A stretch of DNA of 64,000 nucleotides. Source: Anthoceros angustus (taxonomy: Eukaryota > Plantae > Anthocerotophyta). Location of the stretch: positions 859,370 to 923,369 of the forward strand of contig MU008175.1 of the NCBI GenBank assembly GCA_010909165.1, written 5' to 3'. The translations under genes were made by a program, and so were the position numbers. Positions 25,656 to 40,764 of the stretch are shown here, one piece after another; position 1 is the stretch's first letter; each line of letters opens with the position of its first letter. The notes beneath the pieces are model-generated. The model saw nothing but the letters and a program-made list of their open reading frames with translations, was not told the origin of the DNA and ran no database searches.

Positions 25656-26784
25656 TAGTCACCCCGAACCCTGGTACTTTGTAAGCTTCTTTTGAAATCA
25701 TGGAAGTAGCTATGTGAGCCAGAAGTACGGATCAGATTGCATAAGGTAGGAGTGGTGAGATTTTCCAACTCGCAGTCTTGCAGCGCACAAGGTCCAATTC
25801 CTTTGAAAAGTAAAAAATATTTAGTATAACTACTAAACACATTTTAAAACTTTAATATATGTACATAACATCGTTGGTGGTCAAATGAAAATGCCTCATA
25901 TGCCTCATATGCCACCTAACCTGCGACAGAAGGATTCCCGTTCGAGAGGAAGCGGGTTCCCAGCGCCTGGACACCAACTCGCAATTGAAAACGAGTTTGC
26001 CGCTAGGGTATACCTCGTTTCCGCCTCGGGGACACCGACTCGCACTTGATGAAAGGTTTTGGCGGTGGTATGTGACTTCCATAACATCGACTAAATGCTG
26101 AAATGAGGGGTGAAGCAAAAGAGATACGAAATTGAGACCAACAACCCATTAATGACATAATAACACTGTCGCCGATGAGTTTTTCGCTACATTTCGATAA
26201 AACCCGTCTCATTCAGGAAGGAATATGTTTCCCTGGTTCCATGGCAGATAGCGCCCCTCACAACAAATCTGTTACAATTCAAAGCTCGAAACGAGCACAG
26301 GTCTCCAACTTGGAGGGGTGACACGGCAAATATAACCATAACGCTCACCCAAGAGTGCTGTACGCCAACGGGCACACCTGGGAACATTTGTACTCGTGAA
26401 CGGCAATCAGACCCCTTGCCTGTGCCAACAGAGCAGAATCGCAACACAGCGGCGGATGATGTAGATGCGCGCAGGTAGCTGCTTCACCAGCTGACGGCAC
26501 TTGCTAGCTCGATACCTAACCTTCAGAGCACTGGCGCTGTAGACATCCTCCCTAACCTGCGGCTCTTCCACCTTCTGCCGAGCGCACGCAGGCCTGGAGC
26601 CACACTGCCCCATGCCGAGCCCCTCAAGCTGCAGAATTCGCAACCTGTGGCCTTAACACGGTTCGCTACGACAGCAGCGACGTCCAGACGCTGCCGGCAA
26701 GGCGCGGGGCGCGTAGAAAGCAAGGTAGGTCACTCTTGATCCAGACTCTCGTCTGTACAACATGAAGGCAGTTCACAACACGAA

Positions 26785-29700
26785 TCACTTCCTTCCCGAT
26801 TGCGGCCTGCCGGACCCACGTCCTTTGCCACCCGCCTTCGGCCTCGCCCCCGCTTTGCCTGCACCTGCTCTGCTAGCGCCAGCTTTGCTACGCCCCTTGC
26901 CGGCGCCCACTTTTACGCCTTTCCTCTTGAAGCCGCCCTTGACAGGACCGTTGCCTCTTGACCGGGCGTCCTTCTTCATCCGCCTGTCTACTATCACCCG
27001 GCCCTTCCCGCCTTTGGCTCCTATTCCTTTCTTGGCCACCACAATCTCCCGCTTCGCCTTCTTCGGGGCCGCTAAAGCCTTCTTGTACAGTTTGTCCATC
27101 ATGCTGTTTTTCGACTTGGGGGTAAGATCAGTCTGGTCTGCTATGGCAGTAGCCTTCTGGCGAACTTGCTCCAACTTTTTCTGAACTCGCCGCTTCTTCC
27201 TGGCCTTGGCCTCCGCTACTTTCTTCACAGGTCGGGCATTGATGTCCCTGAACTGAGCTTTCATTGCCTCCACCTCTTCCTTCGTCACAGGCTTCTGGGG
27301 CTGGGAATGTTTTCTTTCATCGTCCGCAAACCATCGAGGAAGGTTATCATCGTTGAAGGTGTACCTGTTGTACGCAGCATCCAGAATGTCTTGCGCGCTT
27401 TTCTTCCGCAACATGTGCTTCGCATACGCAAGAATCTCAGCCTTTTCATCACTGTCATAGTCAGCATCGTCATCTGTAGAGGAATCATCACTTGAAGCGC
27501 TCGCCTCTGCAGGGACGATTTCGAATTCGCCATCGTCCGCATCTGCACTTGCAGAAGTTTGCCCATGTTTCTTCTGCCGATCCAGGCCTTTCTGCTCTGC
27601 TCTGATCACCTCCTCCAATTCTAGATTCTTTTCTGTGTGCTTTTCACTCCCCTCCATTTCATCATCGCTGATGTCATTTGCTGTGTCGACGCCCGCAAAT
27701 ACATCTTGATTGAACCATTGCTGTGCTAGCTGCTCCTTCGATGGTTTCACCTTTGATACTAGAGGCACTACCAACGGGTTCCCATCCTCGTCTTCTTGGG
27801 CTGAACCAGAGCCGGCATCATGCGCATCACTACCTCCCACATCTTCCTGCAGGAAAACCAAAACGGATCAGCACAAAAGTGGCGCCAAATCTGAATAACC
27901 CACAGCAGCAAGGGCCCCCAGAGAGGCACGAGTAGAACGCCAGGTGAAACAGACGACCTTCCAAAGCTCTGAATCCTTCTCCAAATCAGCTAGCTTAGCA
28001 CGTTGTCTTCTTTTGGTACTGCCGTCCTTGGTAGCTCGAAATTTGTCATAAGCATGCTCCAAATATTCATCGAGTTCAGCATCATATCTGCTTGCAAAAA
28101 AGAACAGAGGAGCAAAGCTTATGAGAAATGGCAGGACACGAAACAATGTCCGGACCTCAGAAGAGGTCATCATACTGATCACACAATGCTAGACCCAAAG
28201 AGCGAACAAGCTGAAGCACAGACCTCTGCCTCTCCTCTTCTGAATCCAGATCACTATCCTCAGCGTCTGGCTGCACACCATTTAGTATCTTATCTTCACT
28301 GTCGTATCCTTCGTCGTCATCTGCCGATTCTATGTTCTCTACAGTGTGAAGGTCCTTTTTCCCCTGTCAAACACACCCAGGATGTAAGGTTCTACAAGAA
28401 TCTATTGCTGCTATCATTCAAAAGCCACGCCTCTATATACCTTAATTGCCGCCAGTGAGAAAAGGTCTTCTTCTCTGTAAGCATCTTCCATCACATCCAC
28501 CTGCATGCCTGTTGCAGAACGCGCCTTGGCCTGCAAAGAAAACTCGCCATTAGCAAATACTTTGCATGCAGAGCACGTCATTCCCAAATATACCAATATG
28601 TCTGATCGCAAAGTACTACATAGACAATCTCATCCACCTTTGCTTTCCGTTTAGATAGCAACTTTTTCTGCCGCTTCTTCTTTCTTTCCATGAGTCCCTT
28701 CAATTCCTCCATCTGAGCCAAAACTCCCTCCTCTTCAGCATCCGGATCCTTAGACACATCCATTTTGGCATCCTCAATTCCCTCGGGATGAGCCAAGGCT
28801 TTCCTTATCTGCAACCTCCACCTTCAGAAGCACACCAATGTCAGAACGCATATGCTCCTGCGAATGATAAAGAAGTACCTGCGTACCACCACTTACTTCA
28901 GGAGCTGTTTGAACTCTTGCTTGCCAAGTACGCGGAGATCATCACAGCAAATTAATATCTGGCACAACACCAAAACCACGACTGAGACAAGTCTTTCGAC
29001 TTACACCAAAGACACACAGCAATACTCTGTGACAGCCACTTGCCCAATGTCCAATCTTTCCTACCTCATCTTTGGTCAGAGGATGATCCTTAATCACTGA
29101 GCACCCTGCATCTTTGAAAGAGATTGCAGTAACCGTCCCCAACAAGTCCAAAGGCTTGTCACACCAGACAAACTCTGTTGCAGCACATTCTTTCCGCAAT
29201 GTAGTATTGCCTTCCTCATAGCTAACATCATGAACGTAATAAGATCAGGTGCTAGGCAAATATCTGCAGAAAGATTTGCTAACCAAGAGGCGTCACACGA
29301 TAAAGAAATTACAGCTCAAGACAGCAATGGCTTCAAGAGCAGGAATTACCCTTCGCGATGCCTCTTTCGCTTGTTTGGGGCAAGAACATCAACCACCTAT
29401 AAAAACCAGACCCGCAGACAATTAATTACACACTGCTCTTTGCAATTCTTTCCAGGGAGAAACATCACCTCAGATACCTTGGCTGGTTCCACAATATCCT
29501 GAAATAGATGCTTAGCATCCAGCAGTCGGGGATCAATTTTAGCAGGCGCATTATACTCCAACCCGATGACATAGATCTCAGCAGAGGTTGCTCGACTGGC
29601 TACAGGCTTAGTCACCTCAACCTTCCTAAACAGCTGCATAGTCCACAACAAAGAAGGTCGGAACCCATCATCCGGGACATAAATCGAATTTCATCCCGTA

Positions 29701-30383
29701 TCTCCAGAGGGCATGACGGCACTACTTGCAAATTTCAACATCACCCAGAATGGGCAGCAAGCTCAGTACCTGCTTCAAAGCATAAAGAAGAGAGCTGTAG
29801 TCTTGAGAACGAAACACCTGACAAAACAGAAAACGACAACGCTTAGCCTTCAACCCATTTACCACCCCTTGCAAACAACAGGATACAAAGGTGGCATGAA
29901 TACCTTGGTGACAAAAGTTCCTCCTGGAGACAGGAACTCGGTGGCCAGTTTAAGTGCATCCAGAACCAGAGCTGCCTGGGATGACGCCTCCTTGGACCAG
30001 GCACCTCCAACGTTTGGCGAGCCATCATGCAGCACCACATTGACCAGAGAATAGCCTTTTTCCTTCAAAACCTTCTTCAGACTCGCCCTGCATTTGGGAG
30101 TAGTAATATCCTCCTGCAAACTGACAGCACCTCGAATGGGCCTGATAGGCACCAAGTCCACCCCTACTATGAGAGACCCCACGGGCATGTTTTTGGTGGC
30201 CACTTGCATCCATCCTCCTGGGGCAGCACACAAATCCAACAGTGACCTAGCAGAAGCGAGAAACCTGTACTTCCTATCGAGCTGCACCAGCTTGAAGGCC
30301 GCACGTGATCTAAATCCCTGCTCCTTGGCTAAATAGTAGAACCTATCCAACCGCCCCTTCCCAGTTGTCTTGCTCTTCCCCAT
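26785..30383 (-). CDS. SPB1: AdoMet-dependent rRNA 2'-O-methyltransferase SPB1/FTSJ3 (about 10 exons)
   Basis: [69 protein letters not shown]; Spb1_C region AYNRYTFND...[12 protein letters not shown]...[17 protein letters not shown]...VDRRMKKD. Confidence 0.96.
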
Positions 30384-30665
30384 GGTGGCCGCGCTTCAGC
30401 GACAGGGAACCGCTAAAACCCAGCGCAAAGGGCTCTTCACGGCAAAAGGAAACAAGGTCTGCGCAGTTTACGTAAAAGCGCCGCCTCGTCAAGCGGCCCA
30501 GCGCGCTCGGTTGTCAACTTAATGGAACGCATAAAGTAAAAAAACTCGCAGCTGGAGTAAAGTAAAAGAAGCCGAACTTTTTTGGAGAAGTTATAGCGCA
30601 TTTATATCAACAGGTGTAATTACTATTAATACGTGCTATTCAGGAAAGGTAGTTTTTACTTTCTA

Positions 30666-32349
30666 CAGTCAAACCCCTCTAATTGGGACCCCTATAACCC
30701 CTCTAATTGGGACGCCTATAAATGGGAACCCCCTTTAAATGGGAACATGTCTCCCAAACATTCAATGCAAGTACACCTTTGTAAAAGGGAAAATATATAT
30801 TTCTTTAAAAAAATAAAAAAATTAAAGGAAATCGTCTTATCGAGATTAAATGATGAGTTATTGAGATTATGTCAAGTTAAAGGCTATCGAGATTATATCA
30901 TAAAACTTAGACAGTCATCGAGATTGGGCCTATATATGTAGTAGTTCTGTACACTATGCTTTGTGATCAGAAGCATTGTTCCTAGTACATAAGTTGTTTC
31001 ATTGTACAAGTTGTCTTATGGTGTTGTAAGTTGTGTTATGGTGTTGTAAGTTGTTGTCTTCTTTGTGAGATATTTTGTATGTGTTCCTTACCCATTCTCT
31101 TTGGCGTGTAGGAACAATGCATGGCCGTATGACATACTACTAACAAAGCAACAAAAGAAAGAGGTTTGCGAATATTATGTCCAACACTCTTGCACACTTA
31201 AGGAGTTGACTAGATGGACAACAGAGAAGTTTTCAATAGCAACTTCTAAAAGTGCATTGTCTAGGATTGTGAATGACAAAGACAAATGGTTGGACCGCCA
31301 TTGGTCCAACAACTAATATGGCGGGGAATGAGGGATAGACCGATCGTATGCCCACAGGTTGACCACAGATTACGTTTGGGCTCTTGCAATCCAAGCTCAA
31401 GGTGCCACAATTTGAGATGACTTGCTTCGTGAGATGGCTTCCAAATTCCACGAGAGGATTCACGAAGATGAGAGACCAAAATGACATACCATAGAGGTTG
31501 GGTTGCTGTTGGAAGAAAAGGTATAATTTTAAATCGGTTGTCGGACATGGAGGCAGGGAGTGTTGACAATACAGAAGCAGTGAAGGCAGCTATTAGAGAG
31601 CTGCAACTTCAAGTTCTTGATTATGGAGCTGCAAATGTTTTTAATATGGATGAGACTGGTCTTTTCTTCAGAGCACCACCGAACAGGACACTTGCAACAA
31701 TGCGTGTTGCAGGACGCAAGCAGTTCAAGGACCGGTTGACAAGTGGACTGACAACAAATGTTGATGGATCTTGCAAGTTGCCACCTTTTGTGATTAACAG
31801 ATATCTTAGGCCTCGTGCTTTTCCCGTCAGGAATGTTCAAAATCCCGAGAATTTGAATATTATCTGGTCTGCAAACCAAAAGGCATGGATGACAATAGAG
31901 CTGTTTGAGAAGTTTTTGCTAGATTTTGACCAGAGGATGGTTGCATCAGGGCGGACTAGAGTGGTACTTATAGAGGATAATTGTGGAACAATTGGGAACC
32001 GATGCCCAGGACAATATGTAATATATGCCTACTACATATATAGGCCCAATCTCGATGACTGTCTATGTTTTATGATATAATCTCGATAGCCTTTAACTTG
32101 ACATAATCTCAATAACTCATGATTTAATCTCGATAAGATAATTTCCTTTAATTTTTTATTTTTTAAAAGAAATATGTATTTTCCCTTTTACAGAGGTGTA
32201 CTTGCATTGAATGTTTGGGAGACATGTTCCCGTTTACAAATTAGAGGGGTTTCCCATTTAGCATGTAGCACATTCAAGGGAGTAAGCCCGGGCGTCCCAT
32301 TTAAAGGGGGTTCCCATTTATAGGGGTCCGAATTAGAGGGGTTTGACTG
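30666..32349 (+). mobile_element. pogo/Tigger-type DNA transposon, truncated transposase, long inverted ends
   Basis: TA|CAGTCAAACCCCTCTAATT ... AATTAGAGGGGTTTGACTG|TA. CENP-B-like HTH (LTKQQKKEVCEY...KSALSRIV), NVFNMDETGLFFRAPPNRTL, KDRLT, ANQKAWMT...VVLIEDNC; frameshifts present. Confidence 0.93.
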
Positions 32350-32869
32350 TAGGTTGACGAATTTCAATGATGGCCGCTTTTCTGAGAAGGTGACGAATAT
32401 GAAGACTGACCTATTTAAATAGCCCATAGTAAACGGTGAAAGGAAGTGTCATGCTGCGTGACACTAATCTGAACGCTTGGGTTTAGTGTTTGATTAGTAT
32501 TAATTAATTTAATTCCTTATCTTTAAGGAATATTAATCTAAAGCACTTATGTTAATTAAGCGTTGACTAGTATTAATTAAACAAGGTTAGCAATGACTAA
32601 GTCGATAAGCACAAGTAATATGCTTTAGCATATTCCTTGCATATTATAGTGTATTCTTAGGATATTTCTGGCATATGCTGATGCCAATCGGATATCTTAA
32701 GAATATGCTGATGCCAAGGGCCAGTATATATAGACCGTTTCACAGAGGACAAGCTCAGATCATAGCTTATCCTCTGAATAGCAATGCAAGAGTGTAGAAA
32801 GGAGGCCACAGAGAGAGATGTGTGAGTAATTACAAAATTTAAATTTTGTCATCCAATACAATGATGTCT

Positions 32870-33602
32870 ACAAACCACCTTTTCCTATCCTGGACTTCAA
32901 CCTTCACAGTATCCACAGTGTCTGAGCTCTCCACCTTAAGAATGATGGGCTTGCCCGGGAGAGTCTTGACCAAAATTTGCATCCCTTCTCAATCGAAGCA
33001 CCAGATGCAAAGTACTTTCCTTCTAGATGTTGTAATCAGCGAGAGTACAACCATCCTCTAATTGCTTTCCTGCAAAGACGAGCCTCTGTTGATCTGGAAG
33101 AATTCCTTCCTTATCTTGGATCTTTGTCTTCACATTATCCAAATTGTTTGACGACTCAGCCTCCAAGGTAATCGTCTTCTCTGTCAGCATCTTCACAAAT
33201 ATTTGCATGCCACCCCGCAGCCTCAGCACCAAGTGCAAAGTACTCTCCTTCTGGATATTGTAGTCAGTCGTGTCTTCTATTGCTTGCAAAGATGAGCCTG
33301 CTGAGGATGCCTTATCTTGGATCTTCGTCTTCACGTTATTCACCGTGGTCCAGGCGCCCAAGGTGATGGTCTTCCCGTCGGTGTCTTCACGATGATCGCA
33401 TGCCGCCCGGCCTCAACACGGATCACGTGCTCTCCTTGGATGTTGTAGTCCGCGGTGCGGCCATCCTCCAATTGCTTCAAAGATCGGCCTCTGGTCCGGA
33501 GGGATCCCTTCCTTGTCAAGGATCTTGGTCTTCACATTGTTAATTGTGTAGCTCTCCACCTCCAACGTGATGTTCTTGCATAATGTCTTCACAAAGATGC
33601 AT
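32870..33602 (-). pseudogene. Polyubiquitin pseudogene (about 3.5 degenerate units)
   Basis: [37 protein letters not shown]...[21 protein letters not shown]; frameshifts and substitutions. Confidence 0.88.
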
Positions 33603-34724
33603 GATTGCGCACTTGCTAGATGGACTATCAATACAATTATTGCGGGCTGCACACTGCAACCGAGCGATAGACGACTTCACACTCCACAATAAGAGGGATC
33701 GAAAGGTGGCGGATGATATAAACGCAACTTGAACTTGAACTTGAACCCAACCGAAAGCGGCGGCGGATGGTGCATTCATCTTTCGTAAACTTCTATCACA
33801 CCCTTGCACAATTTCCTTGTCCACCTCATTTGGTACATACTTGAATAGGTAACTTTTCTTATCGTGAAATTATAATAGAAAAATCTATCACTAGATGTCC
33901 ACCTCATATTCACTACACAAGTGAATAGGTAACTTTATATGGCCAAAATTGGCATAGAGAAGTCTATCACTCTAGTGAAAATAACTTTATATGAATAGAT
34001 AACTTTTCCTTATGCGAAATTATAATAGAAAAATCTATTACTAGTTGTCCACATTGTATTCACTATGGAATACCAAACTTGTCACCCTTACACCAAGGGT
34101 TTTATCGAGGTTACATAAGAAGTTTTCCACCGCAGCATGAAAACTTCTTAGATCACACACTTGACGACATCGCCCAAGGGGCCTGCTTAGATGTAGCAAA
34201 CTTCTATCACACCCTTGCACAATTTCCTTGTCCATTTTCGATACTTGAATAGGTAACTATTTCTTATGCGTGAAATTATAATAGAAAAATCTATCACTAG
34301 ATGTCCACCTCATATTCACTACACCGTGAATAGGTAACTTTTATGGCCAAAATTGGCATAGAGAAGTCTATCACTCTAGTGAAAATAACTTTATATGAAT
34401 AGGTAACTTTTCCTTATGCACGAAATTATAATAGAAAAATCTATTACTAGTTGTCCACATTGTATTCACTATGGAATACCAAACTTGTCACCCTTACACC
34501 AAGGGTTTTATCGAGGGTTACATAAGAAGTTTTCCCATGCAGCATGAAAACTTCTTAGATCACACACTGACATTGCCCAAGGGGCCGCCGTGTAGCAATA
34601 ATGTCGGAGGTGTGTCAAAAATCTTTGTGTGCGGTAGACATGTTTTTCTTTTTAGCTAGGGTTGTGGGATCCCATATTGGCTCTTGCATTCTTGCAAGCA
34701 CTCATTTGGCTAACCCTCGCAAAG

Positions 34725-35034
34725 ACAGCACTGTCCGAGGATGCCTTATCTTGGATCTTCGCTTCACGTTATTCACCGTGTCCAGCTTTGCGCCTCAAGG
34801 TGATGGTCTTCCCGTCGGTGTCTTCACGATGATGCATGCCGCGCCTCAACACGGATCACGTGCTCTCCTTGGATGTTGTAGTCCGCGGTGCGGCCATCCT
34901 CCAATTGCTTCAAAGATCGGCCTCTGGTCCGGAGGGATCCTTCCTTGTCAAGGATCTTGGTCTTCACATTGTTAATTGTGTAGCTCTCCACCTCCAACGT
35001 GATGTTCTTGCATAATGTCTTCACAAAGATGCAT
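34725..35034 (-). pseudogene. Ubiquitin fragment (duplicate of the 33.3-33.6 kb portion)
   Basis: [31 protein letters not shown]; shares lesions with the copy 1432 bp away. Confidence 0.8.
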
Positions 35035-36090
35035 GATTGCGCACTTGCTAGATGGACTATCAATACAATTATTGCGGGCTGCACACTGCAACCGAGCGAT
35101 AGACGACTTCACACTCCACAATAAGAGGGATCGAAAGGTGGCGGATGATATAAACGCAACTTGAACTTGAACTTGAACCCAACCGAAAGCGGCGGCGGAT
35201 GGTGCATTCATCTTTCGTAAACTTCTATCACACCCTTGCACAATTTCCTTGTCCACCTCATTTGGTACATACTTGAATAGGTAACTTTTCTTATCGTGAA
35301 ATTATAATAGAAAAATCTATCACTAGATGTCCACCTCATATTCACTACACAAGTGAATAGGTAACTTTATATGGCCAAAATTGGCATAGAGAAGTCTATC
35401 ACTCTAGTGAAAATAACTTTATATGAATAGATAACTTTTCCTTATGCGAAATTATAATAGAAAAATCTATTACTAGTTGTCCACATTGTATTCACTATGG
35501 AATACCAAACTTGTCACCCTTACACCAAGGGTTTTATCGAGGTTACATAAGAAGTTTTCCACCGCAGCATGAAAACTTCTTAGATCACACACTTGACGAC
35601 ATCGCCCAAGGGGCCTGCTTAGATGTAGCAAACTTCTATCACACCCTTGCACAATTTCCTTGTCCATTTTCGATACTTGAATAGGTAACTATTTCTTATG
35701 CGTGAAATTATAATAGAAAAATCTATCACTAGATGTCCACCTCATATTCACTACACCGTGAATAGGTAACTTTTATGGCCAAAATTGGCATAGAGAAGTC
35801 TATCACTCTAGTGAAAATAACTTTATATGAATAGGTAACTTTTCCTTATGCACGAAATTATAATAGAAAAATCTATTACTAGTTGTCCACATTGTATTCA
35901 CTATGGAATACCAAACTTGTCACCCTTACACCAAGGGTTTTATCGAGGGTTACATAAGAAGTTTTCCCATGCAGCATGAAAACTTCTTAGATCACACACT
36001 GACATTGCCCAAGGGGCCGCCGTGTAGCAATAATGTCGGAGGTGTGTCAAAAATCTTTGTGTGCGGTAGACATGTTTTTCTTTTTAGCTA

Positions 36091-36411
<321 letters not shown>

Positions 36412-38188
36412 TCACACTCCACAATAAGAGGGATGCTGAAAGGTGGCAGGATGATATAAACGCAACTTGAACTTGAACCCAACCAGGAAAGCGGCGAGCG
36501 GATGGTCTGGATTCATCTTTCAGAAACTTCTATCACACCCTTGCACAATTTCCTTGTCCACCTCATTTTCGGTACATACTTGAATAGGTAACTTTTTCTT
36601 ATGCGTGAAATTATAATAGAAAAATCTATCACTAGATGTCCACCTCATATTCACTACACAAGTGAATAGGTAACTTTATATGGCCAAAATTGGCATAGAG
36701 AAGTCTATCACTCTAGTGAAAATAACTTTATATGAATAGATAACTTTTCCTTATGCACGAAATTATAATAGAAAAATCTATTACTAGTTGTCCACATTGT
36801 ATTCACTATGGAATACCAAACTTGTCACCCTTACACCAAGGGTTTTTATCGAGGGTTACATAAGAAGTTTTCCCACCGCAGCATGAAAACTTCTTAGATC
36901 ACACACTTGACGACATCGCCCAAGGGGGCCTGCCCCCGTGTAGCAAACTTCTATCACACCCTTGCACAATTTCCTTGTCCATTTTCGGTACATACTTGAA
37001 TAGGTAACTATTTCTTATGCGTGAAATTATAATAGAAAAATCTATCACTAGATGTCCACCTCATATTCACTACACACGTGAATAGGTAACTTTTTATATG
37101 GCCAAAATTGGCATAGAGAAGTCTATCACTCTAGTGAAAATAACTTTATATGAATAGGTAACTTTTCCTTATGCACGAAATTATAATAGAAAAATCTATT
37201 ACTAGTTGTCCACATTGTATTCACTATGGAATACCAAACTTGTCACCCTTACACCAAGGGTTTTATCGAGGTTACATAAGAAGTTTTCCACCGCAGCATG
37301 AAAACTTCTTAGATCACACACTTGACGACATCGCCCAAGGGGCCTGCTTAGATGTGTAAACTTCTATCACACCCTTGCACAATTTCCTTGTCCATTTTGA
37401 CATACTTGAATAGGTAACTATTTCTTATGCGTGAAATTATAATAGAAAAATCTATCACTAGATGTCCACCTCATATTCACTACACACGTGAATAGGTAAC
37501 TTTTTATATGGCCAAAATTGGCATAGAGAAGTCTATCACTCTAGTGAAAATAACTTTATATGAATAGGTAACTTTTCCTTATGCACGAAATTATAATAGA
37601 AAAATCTATTACTAGTTGTCCACATTGTATTCACTATGGAATACCAAACTTGTCACCCTTACACCAAGGGTTTTTATCGAGGGTTACATAAGAAGTTTTC
37701 CCACCGCAGCATGAAAACTTCTTAGATCACACACTTGACGACATTGCCCAAGGGGGCCTGCCCCCGTGTAGCAATGTCGTCAGGAGGTGTGTCAAAAATC
37801 TTTTTGTGTGCGGTAGACATGTTTTTCTTTTTTAGCTAGGGTTGTGGGATCCCATATTGGCTCTTGCACATTCTTGCAAGCACTCATTTGGCTAACCCTC
37901 GCAAATAGCCACAAAGTTTTAGACCCATAAGCCTCTGCAACATCCATGCGCTGACCTTAAGCCATCTTGAGCACACCTTCAACAGCCTTGAGTAGACATT
38001 CAGCAGCTTTCAGCAGACCTTCAGAAGTCGTGAGCAATGACTAATCCGACTTTTCTTCTAGCACTCGTGTTCGATCCGATCAGAGAAGCGAGGAGAGGGA
38101 GGGACCTTTGCACGGTTTGCACCCTCAGGCATAATCTTGGTTGGCCTGCTTGTTGGCACGTAGACCAGTTGCACGGTGTAGGTGCATT

Positions 38189-39816
38189 CCCTACTAGAAA
38201 TGGCAGCCCTTGTTACACTTTATGTTAAGATTTGGACCTCTAGATGTAACATTTATGTTGCAATTTCGGGGTCATGTAACGCTTTTTGGACCTCTTGTTA
38301 CACTTTGGCTTGGAAACCAAACCGGAGTGTTTGTTGCAACCATGTTGCAATGGTGTTGCAATTATGTTGAGATGAAGTGAGAGGTGCTTTTGTCCTCTCT
38401 CAAGATTGCAACAAGATTGCAACATATAAAGTGTTACAATGAAAAGTCTTGTAACACTTTTGGAGGCTTGGTACCGAACCTCCTCCCCATCTACCTTCCT
38501 CCTTTTACTACTATTACCCAATGGAATACTAATTTTACTTGGTAGTTCCCACTGATACTCGTATAAATATATATATACATAAATACATGTACAAATATAT
38601 TCTTTGTAAAATACAAGTATTGTTCATGACAACATATACTATATAGTAATTTTCTGTGATATACGGTCATATTCTATTTTGTATTAAATAGGCATAAACG
38701 TCACACGGATAACGTACATACTTTGTACACGTCCACGATACGTTTACCAGTTTGTCCTCGAGCACTCAGTGCCTTTTGTGCCTACGAGTTTGTGCTACGC
38801 GGACCCATGTTTGGTGCGTGGGGTTGTTTGACTCAAGTCCTCCTCCTTCTCTCTCCCCTATACAACCGCCTCATGTCCGCACGCCTTTTGCCCTGCCTCG
38901 ACCATGGCTGCTGTTGGTTGCTCCACTCCTATCCTCCCTCTGCCACTCGCCTCTTCCACTCTCTTGCGTTCTTTTCCCTGTCCAAACTCAACACATGTAT
39001 GTTACTTGCTGGTGACAGTACACTCGCCCTTCTTTGTGCTACAACACCCGGATCTGGCCCTCCAAATACGTCCCTCCTACCGTGCACCGGCGTTGTCACT
39101 TCCTATTCACCCAAGACCCTGCCCTACTAGCATCGCCTTCTCTAATGTCACATCACAGTCTGGTTACGCATCAAATAAAATTTTGAGGTAGGAAATCACA
39201 TGGAATGGGTCTGGGTCTTGGCCTCACCTTGCAGCTATACATGTACTTGAGACCCCGCCATTCTTCCATCGCCTTCCCTAACTTCACATCATAGTCTGGT
39301 TACGCATCAGCTGAAAATTTGAGATAGGAAATAACAGCATGGAATGGGTCTTGGCCTGACCTTGCAACTACTTGAAGTTGTACATGTACACGAGGCACCC
39401 CGCCATGCTACTATCGCCTTCTCTAAGATCAAATCACACTAGCTAGTTACGCAACAATTGAAAATTTGAGAGGAATTCACAGTATTGGAACAGGTCTTGG
39501 CCTGACCTTGCAATGCTCTACAAATACAAGATCTGCTTGCGGCTGTACACGTGATCCCGCCCTGCCACCATCCCTTCACCAACATCATGTCACAGTGGTT
39601 ACGCGTCAGCTGAAAATTTGAGACTAGAAATCACAGCATGGAACGGGTCTCTACTTGAAGTCACAGCATGGAACGGGCCTCCTCCTCTTCCTTCCCTCTC
39701 CCCCTCCTCCTTCTTCCCATCTCCCACGAACTTAGACATAGGTAAATAATATTATGTTTAGGTTACAAGTATAAATACATATAAATATGTACATAAATAT
39801 GTGTTTTAGTCATATA

Positions 39817-39900
<84 letters not shown>

Positions 39901-40764
39901 GGAATATACACAACAAGTGGGCAAACCATATATATATAGATAGACATATAAATAATCTAGAATCCTACTATACATAATCGTAAAACAAGAGTTTTCAATT
40001 GTGTATGTAGCTTAAAAACAAAACCAGATGTGGACACAAGGGTGCATTGAAGAGGGAAGGTAGATTATAAATGCATAGCTATGCAAAGGAGGCAAAATGG
40101 AAAGAGAATGACAACCAGGAGAGAGATAGAGTTCTGTTGTCATGTAGGAAAAGCAAGAGGGGAAGAATAAAATAGTAGCATGAGAGGGGAGCTCATTGTC
40201 ACAGTCATGTTGCAACACAAAGAGGGAAAAATTATAAAATGGGTGTCATACTGGAGCATTAACTAGGAGTGTGAGGTGAAAGGAGAGACCAAAGGTAGGT
40301 TGTTAAGATGGTGAGAGAAGGTGGAGAAGAAAATCACAAACTTAACACCAAGCCAACAAACTTAATGCTAAGTTCTTAATGGTGAGGTAGAAGGTCAACA
40401 GACCACTTGCATGTTGTTAAGATGGTGAGAGAAGGTGGAGAAGAGTATCACAAACTTAACACCAAGCCAACTAACTTAATGAGTGTTCCAAATGGAAAGT
40501 GTTACATGAAAAATGACAATGCATAACATAAGCGAGTTTGCATAGTATATGTTTGAAATCATAAACAATGCTTGTGAGAGAGAGGGTGTACTTAGGAGGG
40601 TGAGGTGATGAGGGAGAAAGTCAGGTTCGTATTAAGATGGTGACAAAATGAGAAGGGAATAGTGTGTCAAACTTAATACCAAGCCTACATAGCTTGTTGC
40701 AATTTGGAAGTGTAACATAAAATTGCAACAACAACTGTAATATGGGCTGCCATTTCTAGTAGGG
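38189..40764. mobile_element. Non-autonomous CACTA-type element with CCCTA termini (3-bp TSD ATT)
   Basis: ATT|CCCTACTAGAAATGGCAGCCC ... GGGCTGCCATTTCTAGTAGGG|ATT. Subterminal GTTGCAA/TTGCAAC motifs, internal ~120-bp repeats (39140-39680) and (TA)n. Confidence 0.88.
39812..39900. repeat. (TA)n microsatellite
   Basis: Seen directly. Confidence 0.97.

Noticed and set aside
26045-26105. TGATGA...CTGA pair suggesting a C/D snoRNA downstream of SPB1
   Set aside because: No rRNA-antisense guide or convincing terminal stem could be identified; likely chance.
26187-26723. Short minus-strand ORFs downstream of SPB1
   Set aside because: No recognisable motif or splice pattern; probably 3' UTR or intergenic.
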